Source of the DNA: Mobula hypostoma
Lineage: Eukaryota
Assembly: GCF_963921235.1 (NCBI RefSeq)
Contig: NC_086109.1
Location: 21,144,001 to 21,208,000 of the forward strand
Length of the DNA stretch: 64,000 bases
Reading direction: 5' to 3'
Shown: positions 62,930-64,000 of the stretch, in pieces
Numbering within the stretch: position 1 is the first letter of the stretch
Layout of the letters: every line of letters begins with the position of its first letter
Position numbers and translations under genes: made by a program
The notes under the pieces: generated by a model
The model's input: the letters and a program-made list of their open reading frames with translations, nothing else
Database searches by the model: none
Told to the model about the DNA's origin: nothing

Positions 62930-64000
62930 ATAGATGCTGGCAATACTCACTACACGCTGGAGGAACTCAACAGGTCGGGCAGCATCCAAGGAAACGATCG
63001 GTCGACGTTTCGGGCCGGAACCCTTCGTCAGGACTGTAGATGGAAGGGGCAGAGGCCCTATAAAGAAGGTGGGGGGAGGGTGGGAAGGAGAAGGCTGGTA
63101 GGTTCCAGGTGAAAAACCAGTAAGGGGAAAGATAAAGGGGTGGGGGAGGGGAAGCAGGGAGGTGATAGGCAGATAAGGTGAAGAAGGAATGGGGGAAAAC
63201 ACAATGGGTAGTAGAAGGAGGCAGAACCATGAGGGAGGTAGTAGGCAGCTGGGGGAGGGGGCAGAGTGAAACTGGGATGGGGGAAGGGAGGGGGAGGGAA
63301 TTACCGGAAGTTGGAGAATTCAATGTTCATACCAAGGGGCTGGAGACTACCCAGACAGTATATGAGGTATTGCTCCTCCAACCCGAGTTTAGCCTCATCA
63401 TGGCAGTAGAGGAGGCTATGTATGGACATATCCAAATGGGAATGTGATGCAGAGTTGAAGTGGGTGGCAACCGGGAGATCCCGTCTGTTGTGGCAGATGC
63501 AGCGGAGGTGCTCGACGAAGCGGTCCCCCAATCTCCGTCAGGTCTCACCGATGTAGAGGAGGCCGCACCGGGAGCACCAGATGCAATAGATGACCCCAAC
63601 AGACTCACAAGTGAAGTGTTGCCTCACCTGGAAGGACTGTTTGGGGCCCTGAATGGTGGCAAGAGAGGTGTAGGGACAGGTGTAGCACTTACACCAACAG
63701 GGATAAGTGCCGGGTGGGAGATCCGTGGGGAGGGATGTGTGGACCAGGGAGTCGCGGAGGGAACAATCCCTGCGGAAAGCGGAGATATCTCCCCCTCCCT
63801 TCCCCTATCCCAGTTTCACTCTTCCCCCTCCCTCAGCTGCCTACTATCTCCCTCATCATTCCACCTCCTTCTACTACCCATTGTGCTTTCACCCATTCCT
63901 TCTTCACCTTTCCTGCCTATCCCCTCCCTGCTTCTCCTCTCCCACCCCTTTATCTTTCCCCTTACTGGTTCTTCACCTGGAAGCTACCGGCCTTCTGCTT
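62930..64000 (-). mobile_element. Relatively young Penelope-like element 3' region with an inverted terminal duplication
   Basis: Minus strand: ESVGVIYCIWCSRCGLLYIGET*RRLGDRFVEHLR..PVATHFNS (GIY-YIG). 63790-64000 is the reverse complement of ~63085-63296. Confidence 0.9.
62999..63036 (-). ncRNA. Putative minimal type-I hammerhead ribozyme in a Penelope-like terminus
   Basis: Minus-strand RNA CAGUC-CUGACGA-A-GGGU(UCCG)GCCC-GAAA-C-GUC^GACCG: core CUGANGA and GAAA, stem II, palindromic ACGU stem III, GUC triplet, stem I GUC/GAC. Confidence 0.65.

Overview
Eukaryotic, repeat-dense vertebrate DNA. The repeat mix (CR1, Rex1/Babar, Penelope-like, V-SINE, Tc1) suggests a cartilaginous fish, probably a ray; this is inference. 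The only host gene I can support is a + strand TAFA/FAM19A neurokine, best match TAFA3 (TAFA2 is the alternative). Three coding exons (25529-25643, 45770-45922, 54322-54446) splice in frame with canonical GT-AG sites to give [131 protein letters not shown] (131 aa, signal peptide plus 10 conserved Cys). The 5' UTR exon, promoter and short terminal exon were not found. The rest is decayed and often nested transposons. The most notable non-gene signals are: a 194-bp-arm, indel-free inverted repeat at 789-1705 that continues past a later insertion; a minimal type-I hammerhead ribozyme motif in Penelope-like termini (intact copy at 62999-63036, - strand); a decayed Hero-like RLE retrotransposon; and a solo LTR with a perfect 5-bp TSD. 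No prokaryotic-type system, CRISPR array or rRNA/tRNA gene is evident. TE boundaries are approximate unless a TSD or TIR is quoted.
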